Assembly: GCA_951406725.2 (NCBI GenBank)
Contig: OX597822.1
Location: 89,342,001-89,406,000 of the forward strand
Direction: 5' to 3'
Origin: Octopus vulgaris
Taxonomy: Eukaryota
DNA length: 64,000 nt
In this document: piece by piece, positions 36,526 to 48,909 of the stretch
How positions within the stretch are numbered: the stretch's first letter is position 1
Layout of the letters: every line of letters starts with the position of its first letter
Notes under the pieces: generated by a model
What the model saw: only the letters and a program-made list of their open reading frames with translations
Told to the model about the DNA's origin: nothing
The model's database searches: none
Program-made: the position numbers and the translations under genes

Positions 36526-36596
36526 ACTTGCTACGGAAACTGCAATTGCCTCAAGTAACATCAATAGTAATTGAAAACTATATTTTCCGTTTTTAA

Positions 36597-36915
36597 CACA
36601 TAAAGCGCGACGAACCACGATCGTGGCTGCCACGCACAGGTCGACAGGCCACGATCGTGGCCCAGATAGATGCATTTAATTTATGGGCGTTTGTTTGGGG
36701 TCTAATGTCACTCAAACGCTGCGATACCCCCCAAAATGCAAGAGGACTAATAGTTCAACTAATGACTTTTCAGATGATGTAAAACTTGCCACCATTATAT
36801 ATTAAGAAGTTATTTTAACTATTTTTTGTATTTTATGTGTGCATGGTAGTCTCATTTTCATAAAATGTGCTCAGCAGTGTATACTATGTAAATGTAAATC
36901 CCAGCGCTTTATGGG
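36597..36915 (+). mobile_element. piggyBac-type MITE, copy 1
   Basis: TTAA|CACATAAAGCGC...GCGCTTTATGGG|TTAA, with the internal palindrome CCACGATCGTGG twice. Confidence 0.85.
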
Positions 36916-37852
36916 TTAATTGAAAATTAAGCCAAGTTGGTGTTACTTCCCCTGACAGTACTCAATTAACAAGTGCGAGAATGAATGAATTAACTATTTC
37001 GTTTAATTGTATGAATTCCCTTGGGGAGAGCACAAATTTGCAAAAATCTTCTGAAAATTCCCCCCCCCAAAAAAAACCAGAAAGGTTATATGGGTTGCTT
37101 AAACCAGAATTTCATTCTTAATTTTAAGTTTTATAGTTACTTCATGCCAAGGAGTCAACGATACCATCAACTAGACGCTCTATTGTCAGATATATTTATA
37201 TTTGAGTTTACTAATTGTATGTCGCTGGTGTTATTTAAGCAAGAAATATTCTTAAGGAGACCGGAAACTTATCAAATTCGACGCTTATATACATGGAAGT
37301 ATATTCCCATTTGTTAGAGACACTTGTTTTGCTTCTTTTAAAAGATCAGCATAGCCGGTGTTATGTAAACAACAAGAGAATTAAAACGATATGCAATAAT
37401 AGACACATACTGAAGAATCCATACCTTCAAACCTCCTTGGGTGTAGTCTTTGTCGAGTTGTGTCAATAAGAGTTTAACAAGATGTTCATGTGTAGACCTT
37501 TACATACTGAAGTCTCAATAACTTCTTTTAACAAACCAGTTGTTTCGTATCAGTTAAATAATAATGATATTAATTGCCTTAAGCATTTGAACTGATAATC
37601 CCAATCCCTGTTAATACATTAAAATGTATTTTATTGATGTCTCATGCTTCTTTTGTTACATGATACAAAGAATAAAGAAGATCGATATAAAGACAGATGA
37701 GATCAAGTACAATCCTTACACAGGAAGTATGATATAGTTAAGAAACAACTTTGCATTATTGTCTCCCATAGTTTGATGAAACAACACATCCTTTAGTGAT
37801 TCGAATGAACCATTGGCAAGACTGTCGGTATATCTTCTATACCGACCTTTGA

Positions 37853-37855
37853 TAA

Positions 37856-37886
<31 letters not shown>

Positions 37887-37887
37887 A
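37853..37887. repeat. (TAAA)n tetranucleotide repeat
   Basis: Directly visible. Confidence 0.9.
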
Positions 37888-37981
37888 TGAACCAGTTATA
37901 TTCTTCAGATCCCACCAAGTTTGTCTCTCCCCCCCCCCCCCGTTATCTTATTTACGTACCGGTGGCTGAAAAAGCATAGTT

Positions 37982-39137
37982 CACACTTTCTGAAATTTTA
38001 AAATTAAGAGATTTTTCAAATTTGGTTTATTGGTATAATTTATTGGTATACGCTGAATCTGATGTTGTTATTCGCTTGTTCTAGAAAAAAAAAATTAGCA
38101 AAACGTTAGAGATTTAAAGTTTGATTTAAAATCAGAAAACAGGATTTGCAAACTTTAACCTATTAAGCGCTGGGATTTACATTTACATAGCATAGACTGA
38201 TGAACGCATTTTATGAAAATGAGACTACCATGCACACATAAAAACAAAAAAATAGTTTAAATATCTTTTTAATATATAATGGTAGTAAGTTTTACATCAT
38301 CTGAAAAGTCATTAGTTGAACTATTAGTCCCCTTGCATTCTGGGGGTGTATCGCAGCGTTTGAGTGACATTAGACCCCCAACAAATGCCCATAAATTAAA
38401 TGCATCTGTCTGGGCCACGATCGTCGCCTGTCGACCTGTGCGTGGCAGCCACGATCGTGGCCCGTTGTGCTTTATGTGTTAAAAGCTATTAACTTTTTAG
38501 GATCTTTTCTGTTTAGCTCACACTTTTCAATTCCTTTAATTTTCTTCCAATTGATTTCAAATTTGGTGTACTGATGTAGTTTTGTATGTTAATTATGGAA
38601 ATGAAATTCATTTTTGCCATATATTAATAGATATAGAGTTAAAAGATTTTAAAGTTTGCAAATTTGGGTTATTGGTGGTTATATCTGTAATAACAAGCCA
38701 AGCCATAATCTGCTTTAGCTATTGGAAAACTACAGATATATTGGTATCTGTTTCCATAGTAGCAAACCAACATATAGTCTGCTTCCTAACCACATGCACT
38801 TCACCTTTTTGCTGTGCTGTCACTACCTCATGGAGGATTTTTCGTTTTTATATTATTTACATGCCTGTTCCAACATTTCACATGACTTTATTCATTGAAA
38901 CTTATTAAAACTTCCATCATGGTAATGTTTTGTCTCATGTTGACATAGACAGTTCTTACGAAGAAAATGCCAGTTTTCCAAATCTTGTTTTCTGATTGAG
39001 TGAAAATAATCAAACTTTAAACCTCTGTAACATTTTTTTCTAAAGTGAATAACAACATCAGATTCAGCATGAAAAATTACATCAATATACCAAATTTGAA
39101 AAAAATTCACTTAATTTCAAACTTTCAAAAAGTGTTA
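37982..39137. mobile_element. Foldback-like element with ~160-bp imperfect inverted arms
   Basis: 37982-38152 is an inverted homologue of 38975-39137, for example GCTGAATCTGATGTTGTTATTC / GAATAACAACATCAGATTCAGC. Confidence 0.65.
38159..38478 (-). mobile_element. piggyBac-type MITE, copy 2 (inverted relative to copy 1)
   Basis: TTAA|CCTATTAAGCGCTGGGATTTAC...GTGCTTTATGTG|TTAA. Full-length reverse-complement homologue of 36597-36915. Confidence 0.85.
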
Positions 39138-39259
39138 GCCAAACAAAAAAGACTTTAATAATCTTCATAAAATATTTCTGTAAGTATTAAAGACACATTG
39201 ATATCTTTTATAAATCATTGCTTGGTGAATGTATCTCAGGTTTGCCTCCTTCCTATATA

Positions 39260-40151
39260 GGTGGGTGGGGCACAATGAGTAAGATTTACAACATTTTTGA
39301 CTTTGATGAAAAATATATTTTTTACATATGTTCACTACCTTACAAGAACTATATCTACTAAGCAAATGACCTTCTCTTAGTGCATCAAAAGCACTATAAC
39401 ATATTCAGAACATTATTTCAGAAAATTATCCGTTCTCTTTGAGCATGTGAAAGACAAATTTGACTAGAGCAAAATGAGTAAGACAAGATAAGGCAAATTT
39501 ACTTCTTCAATTCTCCAGAATTACATTTAAAAAAAGGTTCATACCCACCAATATCCATCCTTAGATATTAGAAATGTCATAAAAATTTTAAATATCCTGG
39601 TCAGATGAAAGAGGATCATGGAAAAATGGCACATGGTATGAAATTAACCAAACTCGACTAAATCAAAAAAATTCGACTTAAAATATTCTCTATAGCTTCC
39701 TCACAATCTTCTGGAATGGCTCTCTTCATGATATATTTACATACCATGAAGTTAAAGAAAAGAAATTATTGAAATTAGTCATTACTCACTTTGCCCCAGT
39801 TTAGCCATCACTTTTTGACATTTGAAAATTATCAAAGTAGATATTTGTGTGGGAAAAAATTGATTTGGAACCAAACAGAGAAAAGAATATTGATGGGTGA
39901 GTACCAAAGATTATAATTTTATTAGCAATCTCAATTACAATTGGGCCAAAGTTAAGGAAAAATTTCCTTTAAAAAAAGTACCCATCCCTTGTCTAAATCT
40001 GAAACTGTCTCAACTTCAACAACAATAAGTATTCTGACCAGTTTTTACTCCCAACAATGATGTAACAGTACAAAATGATGATGCAATATAATAGTTACAA
40101 AAAAAAAATAATAATACAAAATCAGGAATTACTCATTTTGCCCCACTCCGT
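39260..40151. mobile_element. Non-autonomous pogo/Tc1-type DNA element
   Basis: TIRs GTGGGGCACAATGAGTAA / TTACTCATTTTGCCCCAC with TA flanks, and internal copies of the motif at ~39465 and ~39782. Confidence 0.6.
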
Positions 40152-40299
40152 TACTGATTTAGTATTGTCATAAATTAATAAATAAAAAGTTAATAACTTT
40201 TAAATTTTGCAAATTTTTTATAATTTTAGTCAAAGTTTACTACAGGGAACAACCACAGATAGCTTTTGAAAGAAAACTATAATATAAATTTTTAAACAC

Positions 40300-40731
40300 T
40301 AAGTCCAGCAATAGGCACAACAATTAACAGAAACTTTACGAACACACTCCAACAACAAATTTTCAATAACAGACGAAATTTTGCCCGACGTGCTAAAGTG
40401 GAATTTAATATTAGAGCGCGAAGAGCTACGATACTGAAAGGCGTTATATACAATGCTCCTGACAGCTTGAAATATGCATGCACGCACACCCCTCCATCAT
40501 ATACGCACTTTGTATCGAAACTGTGGCTAAAAACAAAAACATTACACTACGTCAGTATAACAGGATACGGATCTATGGCTAAAGATGTTAGAAACTACAT
40601 AAACTGCATCTATCTGCTTTGTTCTGGAACATGAATAAAATTGACAAAACCTTTGAAAACTCCAATTTAACGAAAGCATTTATTTAGGGTTAACAAGATA
40701 CAGTATCCTGATTACACCTAAAACGGTAAGT
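40300..40731 (+). promoter_or_regulatory. Candidate CpG-enriched promoter and non-coding first exon of ZNF-4
   Basis: Local CpG enrichment and donor AAACG|GTAAGT (GT at 40726), the same context as the candidate ZNF-2 donor. Confidence 0.45.
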
Positions 40732-41753
40732 TGACATATATTTGTTTCAGGTCTATAATTATTTGTTTAAACGATATAAATTATGTGAACCCTTCAGGGA
40801 TCAGTAATTATATAGAAGTGATAATACCTAACAGCAGTGTTAAAATATATTTGTCAAAGTTTAGTTATTATATCGATGAGCAAATACATAACATTGGTGA
40901 AAGATACTTCCTTCATGCATACAGTATTTATATTGACAAAATAAAAAGAAGAAATCTGTTATTTTATTTGACGTTGTTCTGCGGTCATCTTGTTTGGTTT
41001 AGAGGAGTTTTGAGGATGATTGTACAGATTTGGTATTTTATATCGTTATTGTTTAATAGTAAACAATTTGATCGACCATTATGGTTAGACTCATTCCAGC
41101 CGTGCCCATCTTGTCGTTGTATATGACTAAGACTACATTATTTAATGAGTCCTTTTTAAAGACAGTATATTTTCATTGTGATGTGCGATAATAATTTGTT
41201 ATTTGAAGTCTTTATTGTGTAAAAATACAAAAATATTAAAATTTCTATATTTTAAAATGTAAATTACGTTAACCTATTCAATTTCTTTCAAATGAGGTTA
41301 TTTCGGATTAAAATTATAAATACTTGAATCTCAGTACTGAGTTCATTGTTTGGCACCCACCAGGAATTGGTATAGAATTTTGCTTAACATATGAATAATA
41401 TCCAGTAAGCTAACGTTATTTAATTGGCAGTTTCAGAATATTCACGTCTCCGTTACTTTGTATTTATTTGTTTGTTTGTTCGAATCCACCCACCGGATTT
41501 CTGTTTTTAAATATCCAGGGTCATGGTTCTGCATACCAAAAAGACGATCTTTGGTTTTAGGTACCAAAGATTCCCACCGCCATTCACAAAAATAAAAAAA
41601 ATCGAAAAATTTTGACAGCTGTAAATTTTCCATTTTTTAATACTTCTTTTATTTCAAGGGTTTTAAAAATATGTTTCAAAAATGTAGGATATTATGATTT
41701 TAAATAAAGAATTAAATTTTGAAGAATTGAAAGACTAGGAGTCACCACGACTG

Positions 41754-41754
<1 letters not shown>

Positions 41755-41791
<37 letters not shown>
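41755..41791. repeat. (TA)n microsatellite
   Basis: Directly visible. Confidence 0.95.
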
Positions 41792-41793
<2 letters not shown>

Positions 41794-41799
41794 GTGTGT

Positions 41800-42300
41800 T
41801 GTCATCAACTTTTAACACCCAGACTCCATTTGTTTTAGCATGATTTCTATAGCTGGATTCACTTCCTAACACCAGCCACTTTTTAGAGTGTATTGGGTGC
41901 TTTTCTGTAGCATCAGCGCCCACAAGACTAGGATCTCTCGGCTGAGAGAGGGATGTTGAGGACATGCCTGTATGCTGACTTTCACCTTACAACATTCCTG
42001 TACATTGCTTATACAGCTCTCACCAACTACTCATCTATCCCTAGCTTCTGCATTGCCCACCAGATAAGAGAGCAGGGGACTCTATCAAAGGCTTTTTCCA
42101 TATCAAAGAAAGTCAAATCTAGAGGTTTGTTTTTGGCTACTTCTCCTGTAGCCGCCTCACCTGGAAGATAGCATCAGTAGTGCTTCTTCCTGGCACAAAA
42201 CCAAACTGCATCTCATCTCGGCTAACTCTCTTCCTGATTATTTGGGCAATGACCCTTTCTGTAACTTTCATCACCTGGTCCAGCAATTTGATACCTCTCT
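41800..42300 (-). mobile_element. RTE fragments (3' tail joined to an RT segment)
   Basis: Tail-like sequence 41800-41930. RT motifs GIKLLDQVMKV, QFGFVPGRSTTDA and MQKLGIDE at 41950-42300. Confidence 0.8.
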
Positions 42301-42778
42301 TGATTAAAATATTTCTTCCATGGTCTGGAAGTCGAAGTTCTAGACAGTATGATATTGCTTATTGGAATCAGTATTAGTCATAACCCATTACGGATTGAAG
42401 GAAATCAGAAACTGCAAAAGTTAATCATGAAATAGTGATTGACAAGGGTTAGATACATGTTCATTTCATGTAATTTAACTCTTATACACAAATATATGTG
42501 CATGCCTGAAATGTGTGATTGAGAGATAGGTGAATATATCTATTTGGAGAGATTTGTCTTATCATGTCATTGGATGAACATGAATTACTATCACAACTTC
42601 CAATTTCTATCAATAATTCAGGTTAGTTATGAGCACCTTGTAGGCAGTGATAAAAATGGGTACAATCATTATCATTGTCATCCAGTGTTTTAAATCCAGG
42701 TTTTGTCCCCGTTAATGGGGGTGGCCGGATCTACCTCAATGCCATAGCAACAGCCCTCACACCATCTTGCCATCTTTC

Positions 42779-42934
42779 CCAGTTTTGGGTATCCTCCCTT
42801 TTCAAGCCAACCCTCCTGATCTCCTCCTCCTCCACTTGTCCCCTCTGTGTTTTCTTCAGTCTACTTCACAATGATTATATAAAAAGGAAAAGCAGAAAAG
42901 AACGTTAGAAAAGTGAACAGTGAGGAGTACTTAT
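42779..42934 (+). repeat. ~155-bp direct repeat, copy 1 (copy 2 at 44351-44502)
   Basis: Shared TCAAGCCAACCCTCCTGATCTCCTCC...TTTTCTTCAGTCTACTTCACAATGATTATATAAAA...GTGAACAGTGAGGAGTACTTAT. Confidence 0.9.
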
Positions 42935-43699
42935 TGGGAAACTCTATTTCATTATCGACTACTAATACTTTTTTTTTTTCTTTGAACTGGCCTCACAATA
43001 CATCTGGATCCTGTGAGATTAAATAACAACTGTTTTCTAAAATAAGAGAAATTATTCTATTTTCTTTCTTATGGTGGAAGTTAAAGAACAAAATTTGAGA
43101 TAAACTATCCACTCTTTCCCAATCCACAGAAATACAGTAAAGACAAGGTGTTATACAGAACAACTATTATATATAATGTTCGTTAAAATCAACATATTCT
43201 TTAGTTCAGTGTAATATACATGTATCTACATTCATGTGTGTGTGTATACATACACACATACATTGAATAAATGGAGACAAAGTAATGCTGCTGGTTATAA
43301 GGAAATTTCACTTGTATTGTTATCATAAATAAAATGTACACAAGACATTTTTGAAATAGTAAATGGATGAAGTTAACAAAAAGGACCTTTAGTCTAGCTG
43401 AGACAACCTCTCTAGCACTGGTAAAGTGTTATGAAGGACTTGTACTTATTGAAGCCATGCCAAAAATGGAATGTACAAGTAAGATATGGCCCCCAACCTA
43501 TCTAGGAGGGTTACAAGTGAACAAGAACAGGTATAGACCTTGAGTCATGTAACCCTTTGAGAACAAATGCAAAATAATGGTAATTATCTGAAAGACAGCA
43601 GTTAAAGATAAAAGGGCTGGGAAGACTCCTGTTCCTGGACCATAATGAATTTCCACTGAGACACTTAAAATATCTGGCAGAGTAGGGTATGAGTTAGTC

Positions 43700-45055
43700 A
43701 CCCATATAGAAATCAGTCGTAAAAGAAGACGTCATACCAAATGATAGGCTTACCAGTTCCACATCAGCTGTTACAAACAGAAAAAAGATGCATCAGTGAG
43801 AGATAATTATAGAAGTGTAAGCACATTGAATCAAGTTATGAAAGTTAGAAAAGAGTTGTTGCTCAGTTAATTTAGAAGAGAATTAGCCTAACTGAGATTC
43901 AGTTTAGCTTTGTGCTATGAAGTACTACTAATCCCGTCTTCCTAGTGAGACAACCACTGGAGTACTTAGCTACGAATAAGCCATGGCACCTGGCATTCAT
44001 CAACTTGAATAAAACCTTCAACAGGGCCCTTTGCTTAATGATCAGGTGTTTGCTGAGAAAGCTAGGAGTAGATGAATGATTTGTGAGAGTTATACAAGCC
44101 ATCTACAGAGGTGCAGTCAGCGATGAAAACAATGATAAATTTTGTGTGCAGGTAAAAATCCAACAAGGCTCAGTTCCGAATCTTTTTTATTTATCCTAGT
44201 TCTCCAGATCATAACAGAAGAATTTAAAGACAGCTGTCTATGGGAACTCTCATTCTACTAACAACCTAGTTCTTAAAACCAAATCTGTAATAGAATTGGA
44301 GAAATTTCAGGCAGGGAAGCAAAACTTAGAGAAGTCATTGCTAAGTATTGCCTGGTTTTGGGCATCTCCCTTCTCAAGCCAACCCTCCTGATCTCCTCCT
44401 CCACTTGTCCCCTCCACATTTTCTTCAGTCTACTTCACAATGATTATATAAAAGAAAAAGCAGAAAAGAATGTTTGAAAAGTGAACAGTGAGGAGTACTT
44501 ATAGAGAAATAATGTTGTTCACTATGCAGGAATGGAATAGATAGGAATTTCATAAAGTTTCTTGGTGTAAACTATAGATACACAAGTACAGTAGAACCAC
44601 AAGCAGGCTTACAGAGAAAGCAGACTTTTGTGTGGCAATAAGCACTAAGGGCATATAGCTTGGGTAATAGATTTTTTTAATGCTTGATAGGATCACAAGA
44701 TATAGTTGGTTGCTTCCATGAGCTAGTTGACTTAATTAGCAGTGGAGGTAGATATTTCAAAAGCTCAGGGAGTTGTTAGCTGTTGGTAACAAAGGGCTTC
44801 TCCCTCAAAGTGAAGGGCAGATTGAATAATGTTTGTGTATAAGACTGCATAGTAGTGAGTTGTAGGCCATGCATATAATAGAAAGAAATGAAGTAAATAT
44901 GTTCTGCTGAATGTGTAAAGTCAGTGAACATAAACACCAGAGTACAAATGAGCTGAGATAAAAACTGGACAGAAATGACTGCACTGGTACAGGTATGTGA
45001 AGTATATGGAAAATGATATGTGTAAAGATGTTCTGACTGCTGAAAGCTGATAATA
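43700..45055 (+). mobile_element. Old decayed RTE LINE segment, interrupted at ~44335-44502
   Basis: Degenerate homologue of the other RTE copies: AGTCACCCATATAG, AGAAAGCTAGGAGTAGATGAATG, CTCTCCCTCAAAGTGAAGGGCAGATTG. Confidence 0.75.
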
Positions 45056-46609
45056 CACACATCTATTGCATTTGGCTTAGTAATATAACATCACAGGCAA
45101 AGAAAAATGTCATGAACATTCTGTTCATGATTTGGAAAGCTGTTGATACTTTTGATTAAGCTGCAAAGTATATCATACATACACAACCTAGAAATTCTTT
45201 GTTCTACCTACTAATATGGCACTAAACACACTGCTGCAGTGATAGCATAGTCAGATGTATTGAAGATAGAGATTCTGGTCTTTGAAAGTAAAATTTAACT
45301 AAAATAATAAATATACATTGAATGAATCATGAATCAACAACCAGAAAGCTGTTATGGTCATTGCTGTCTGAATGCAATGGCAGTAATAGCAAGGATATGG
45401 ATTTGAGAAACTAGTGATACCAGTTTCATTCATTCGACATTAGCTTTATTACTAACCATATTGTTTCAAACACTCCCTTGGCAATGTCTAGTTTTATCAT
45501 TTTTCCCTTGAAACTTATTGTTAAATCCACATACCCCACCGCACATACTTTAATGAATTTTTTTTTTTTTTGTCTCTCTTTCCTTCGCAGTTTATTGGCT
45601 TGATTAAATTTTCCCCCTAAGACTTGTCTTTTGATCATCCCAATGAGATGTATGATTGGTTTGTTCATGATTCCCCTACCCTCACTCGCCTATACCAAAA
45701 GGCTCTCTCTTTCATTTCTTGTCCCAAATTAGTAGCAAGTCTTCCTCCATTCTTTATTGTGATATTCAGATCTTCACTCCCATACATGGGCACAACTGAA
45801 TTGCCATTGTATGACTATATACAACTAGTGTAAAAACCATTTGCTGGTATGCTTCAACGATGCATACATACAATTAAATTCAATTATGAATTAGAAGCAG
45901 TGCTAGTGTTGTAAACATTATTAAACTTTCATTCATTCACAACCATGTCACTCATATTCTTATACTCATGTATTTTCCTACTGATATTGTTTGCTGAAGT
46001 AAACTTTGAAAACTGCATCTTGAAATTTCTTTTTACCCCCCAGATGTTTTATTAAAGTTCATAAAATGTTATCTCAATGAGGAAAGTGTTGTCACACCTT
46101 CACACCAATTCAACTGTTATTATTCACTGAAGGACATTTATACAAGGTACTTTCTGTTAAAATTTTTTTGTTAAATTCAAATGTCTTTTCTTTGTTTATC
46201 AATATAATGTTTTTATTTTAATTTATCTGATATAAAATTTGCTTCTGACATAGAAACAAAAATATCTTTCATAGTGGGTTTATATCAGGGCCGACTTAAT
46301 ATTAGACAAGAACCAGCAGCTACAAATAGAAGTCAATAAAGATTTGTACTCTGAAAAAGACGGTTGATGGTTGAGATTCTTTTGATCATTAGTGAGGTGG
46401 CTAAGTTTTGACCAAGATCTAAATAACAGTAACTTGTTTAGTCAAGGCCGGTCTTGGGTTAAACGACGAGCTATGAAGGGAAGTAACTCTTCAACCTGCT
46501 ACAAATGGCACCCAACTTTTCCTCACCTTTCACCTTATCTTGAAAGATGATATATCTGATCAGTTCTTAAATATTTATATCTACAGTTTATCTACTTTTT
46601 AAAGTATCC

Positions 46610-46643
46610 TCTGTGTCTTATACTGTTTCTCTTTTATTTTAGA
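46610..46643 (+). promoter_or_regulatory. 3' splice acceptor of the ZNF-4 coding exon
   Basis: TGTCTTATACTGTTTCTCTTTTATTTTAG|ATTATC with AG at 46641-46642, homologous to the ZNF-2 acceptor. Confidence 0.7.
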
Positions 46644-46965
46644 TTATCAAATGACATTCCCAGGAAAGTATTTTCTAACTTATGACCCCTCATCAATTTT
46701 TATCATCATTTAAAGACTAAAGGAAGATGTTATACAGAACAGATATAACACAGTTTATATAAATCTGTTGGGAATTAGTTTGAAATATTTCTTCTAACTG
46801 GAATTATTGGCAAAAATGAAGAAATTTCTAAAGGAATTTGCTATATCACCAAGCACTGGTAAAGAACACAATCAAGTTAAATAGAAAATTAGAAATATTT
46901 ATTAGGAAAATAATATAAAAACACAAAAAAAGAACAGTGTATATTGTGAGGAAAATCAAAACATT

Positions 46966-48909
46966 ATGGAAAGTGAATTATGTGGGAATCAGTATAAATG
47001 TGAAAGAGGATTGAAAAAGATTGATTTTCCTGATGAGAAACCGAAAGAGACAGGGAAACAATTATACAATTGTGATACCTGTAAAAAATCATTCACTCAA
47101 AAAAGTAACTTAACTATTCACAAACGTATTCATACTGGAGAGAACTGCTACGACTGTGATATTTGTGGTAAATCTTTCTCTCGAAATGATGACTTAATTA
47201 AACACAAACGTATTCATACAGGAGAGAAGCCATATTATTGTAATATTTGTAATAAGTCATTCACTCAAAAAAGTAATTTAACTACTCACAGACGTATTCA
47301 TACTGGAGAGAAGCACTATCGCTGTGATATTTGTGGTAAATTATTCTTTCGAAATGATGAGTTAACTATACACAACCGCATTCATACAGGAGAGAAACCA
47401 TATCACTGTGGTATCTGTGGTAAATCATTCTCTGTAAATAGTACATTAACAAAACACAAACGCATTCATACAGGAGAGAAGCCATATCACTGTGATATCT
47501 GTGGTAAATCATTCTCTGAAGGAGGTGCCTTAACTCAGCACAAACGTATTCACACGGGAGTTAAGCCATATCATTGTAAAATCTGTGGTAAATCATTCTC
47601 TCAAAGCAGTAGTTTATCTAAACACAGAGACATTCATACAGGAGAGAAACCCTATCACTGTGATATCTGTGGTAAATCATTCTCTGAAAATGGTACTTTG
47701 ACTACTCATAGGCGTATTCATACAGGAGAGAAACCCTATCAATGTGATGTTTGTGGTAAATCATTCTGTCAAAAAAATGATTTAACTACTCACAAACGAA
47801 TTCATACAGGTGAAAGGCCATATCACTGTGATATATGTGGTAAAGCTTTTCCTCGAAGTGGTGAGTTAACAACTCATAAACGTATTCATACAGGAAGAAA
47901 ACCCTATCATTGTGATATCTGTGGTAAATCTTTCTCTCAGAGTGGTTATTTAACACCTCACAAGCGTATTCATACAGGAGAGAAGCCATATTGCTGCAAC
48001 ATCTGTGGTAAATCATTCTCTCAAGGAAGTGCTTTGACCAATCACAAACGTATTCATACTGGAGTGAAGCCCTATAACTGTGATGTATGTGGTAAATCCT
48101 TCTCTCGAAATGATAATTTGACTAACCACAAACGCATTCATACTGGAGAGAAACCATATCACTGTGATATCTGTGGTAAATCATTCTCTCTAAGTTGTCA
48201 AGTAACTACTCACAAACGCATTCATACAGGGGCAAAGCCCTATCAGTGTGATATCTGTGGTAAATCATTCCCACAAACATGTGGATTAAATTCTCACAAA
48301 CGTATTCATACAGGAGAAAAACCATATCATTGTGATGTCTGTGGTAAATCATTCACTGTAAATAGTACATTAACAAAACACAAGCGTATTCATACTGGAG
48401 AGAAGCCCTATCACTGTGATATCTGTGGCAAATCGTTTTCTGTAGGAAGTGAATTAACTATTCACAAGCGTATTCATACAGGATTGAAGCCCTATCACTG
48501 TGATATCTGTGGTAAATCGTTCCCACGAGTATGTGGATTAACAATTCACAAACGTATTCACACAGGAGAAAAACCATATCACTGTGACATCTGTGGTAAG
48601 TCATTCTCAGAAGGAAGTCACTTAACTAAACACAAACGCATTCATACAGGAGAGAAACCGTATCATTGTGATGCCTGTGGTAAATCCTTTTCAGAAGGAA
48701 GTGCTTTAGCTAAACATAAGCGTATTCATACAGGTGAGAAACCATATTGTTGTGAGATCTGTGGTAAAGCATTCACTGTAAATAGTACCCTAACAAAACA
48801 CAAACGCATTCATACAGGAGAGAAACCATATCATTGTGATATCTGTGGTAAATCATTCTCTAAAAGAAGTCATGTAACTACACATGCATGTATTCATACA
48901 GAAAAGTAA
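46966..48909 (+). CDS. C2H2 zinc-finger protein (ZNF-4), 647 aa, 22 fingers
   Basis: Intact ORF with 22 canonical fingers at 84-bp periodicity and a ~35-aa N-terminus without an effector domain. Confidence 0.95.
   Translation: MESELCGNQYKCERGLKKIDFPDEKPKETGKQLYNCDTCKKSFTQKSNLTIHKRIHTGENCYDCDICGKSFSRNDDLIKHKRIHTGEKPYYCNICNKSFTQKSNLTTHRRIHTGEKHYRCDICGKLFFRNDELTIHNRIHTGEKPYHCGICGKSFSVNSTLTKHKRIHTGEKPYHCDICGKSFSEGGALTQHKRIHTGVKPYHCKICGKSFSQSSSLSKHRDIHTGEKPYHCDICGKSFSENGTLTTHRRIHTGEKPYQCDVCGKSFCQKNDLTTHKRIHTGERPYHCDICGKAFPRSGELTTHKRIHTGRKPYHCDICGKSFSQSGYLTPHKRIHTGEKPYCCNICGKSFSQGSALTNHKRIHTGVKPYNCDVCGKSFSRNDNLTNHKRIHTGEKPYHCDICGKSFSLSCQVTTHKRIHTGAKPYQCDICGKSFPQTCGLNSHKRIHTGEKPYHCDVCGKSFTVNSTLTKHKRIHTGEKPYHCDICGKSFSVGSELTIHKRIHTGLKPYHCDICGKSFPRVCGLTIHKRIHTGEKPYHCDICGKSFSEGSHLTKHKRIHTGEKPYHCDACGKSFSEGSALAKHKRIHTGEKPYCCEICGKAFTVNSTLTKHKRIHTGEKPYHCDICGKSFSKRSHVTTHACIHTEK

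Noticed and set aside
47030-47056. CTGATGAGAAACCGAAAGAGAC resembling a hammerhead core
   Set aside because: It lies in ZNF-4 coding sequence (PDEKPKET), has essentially no stem II or III, and has no NUH triplet. Chance match.
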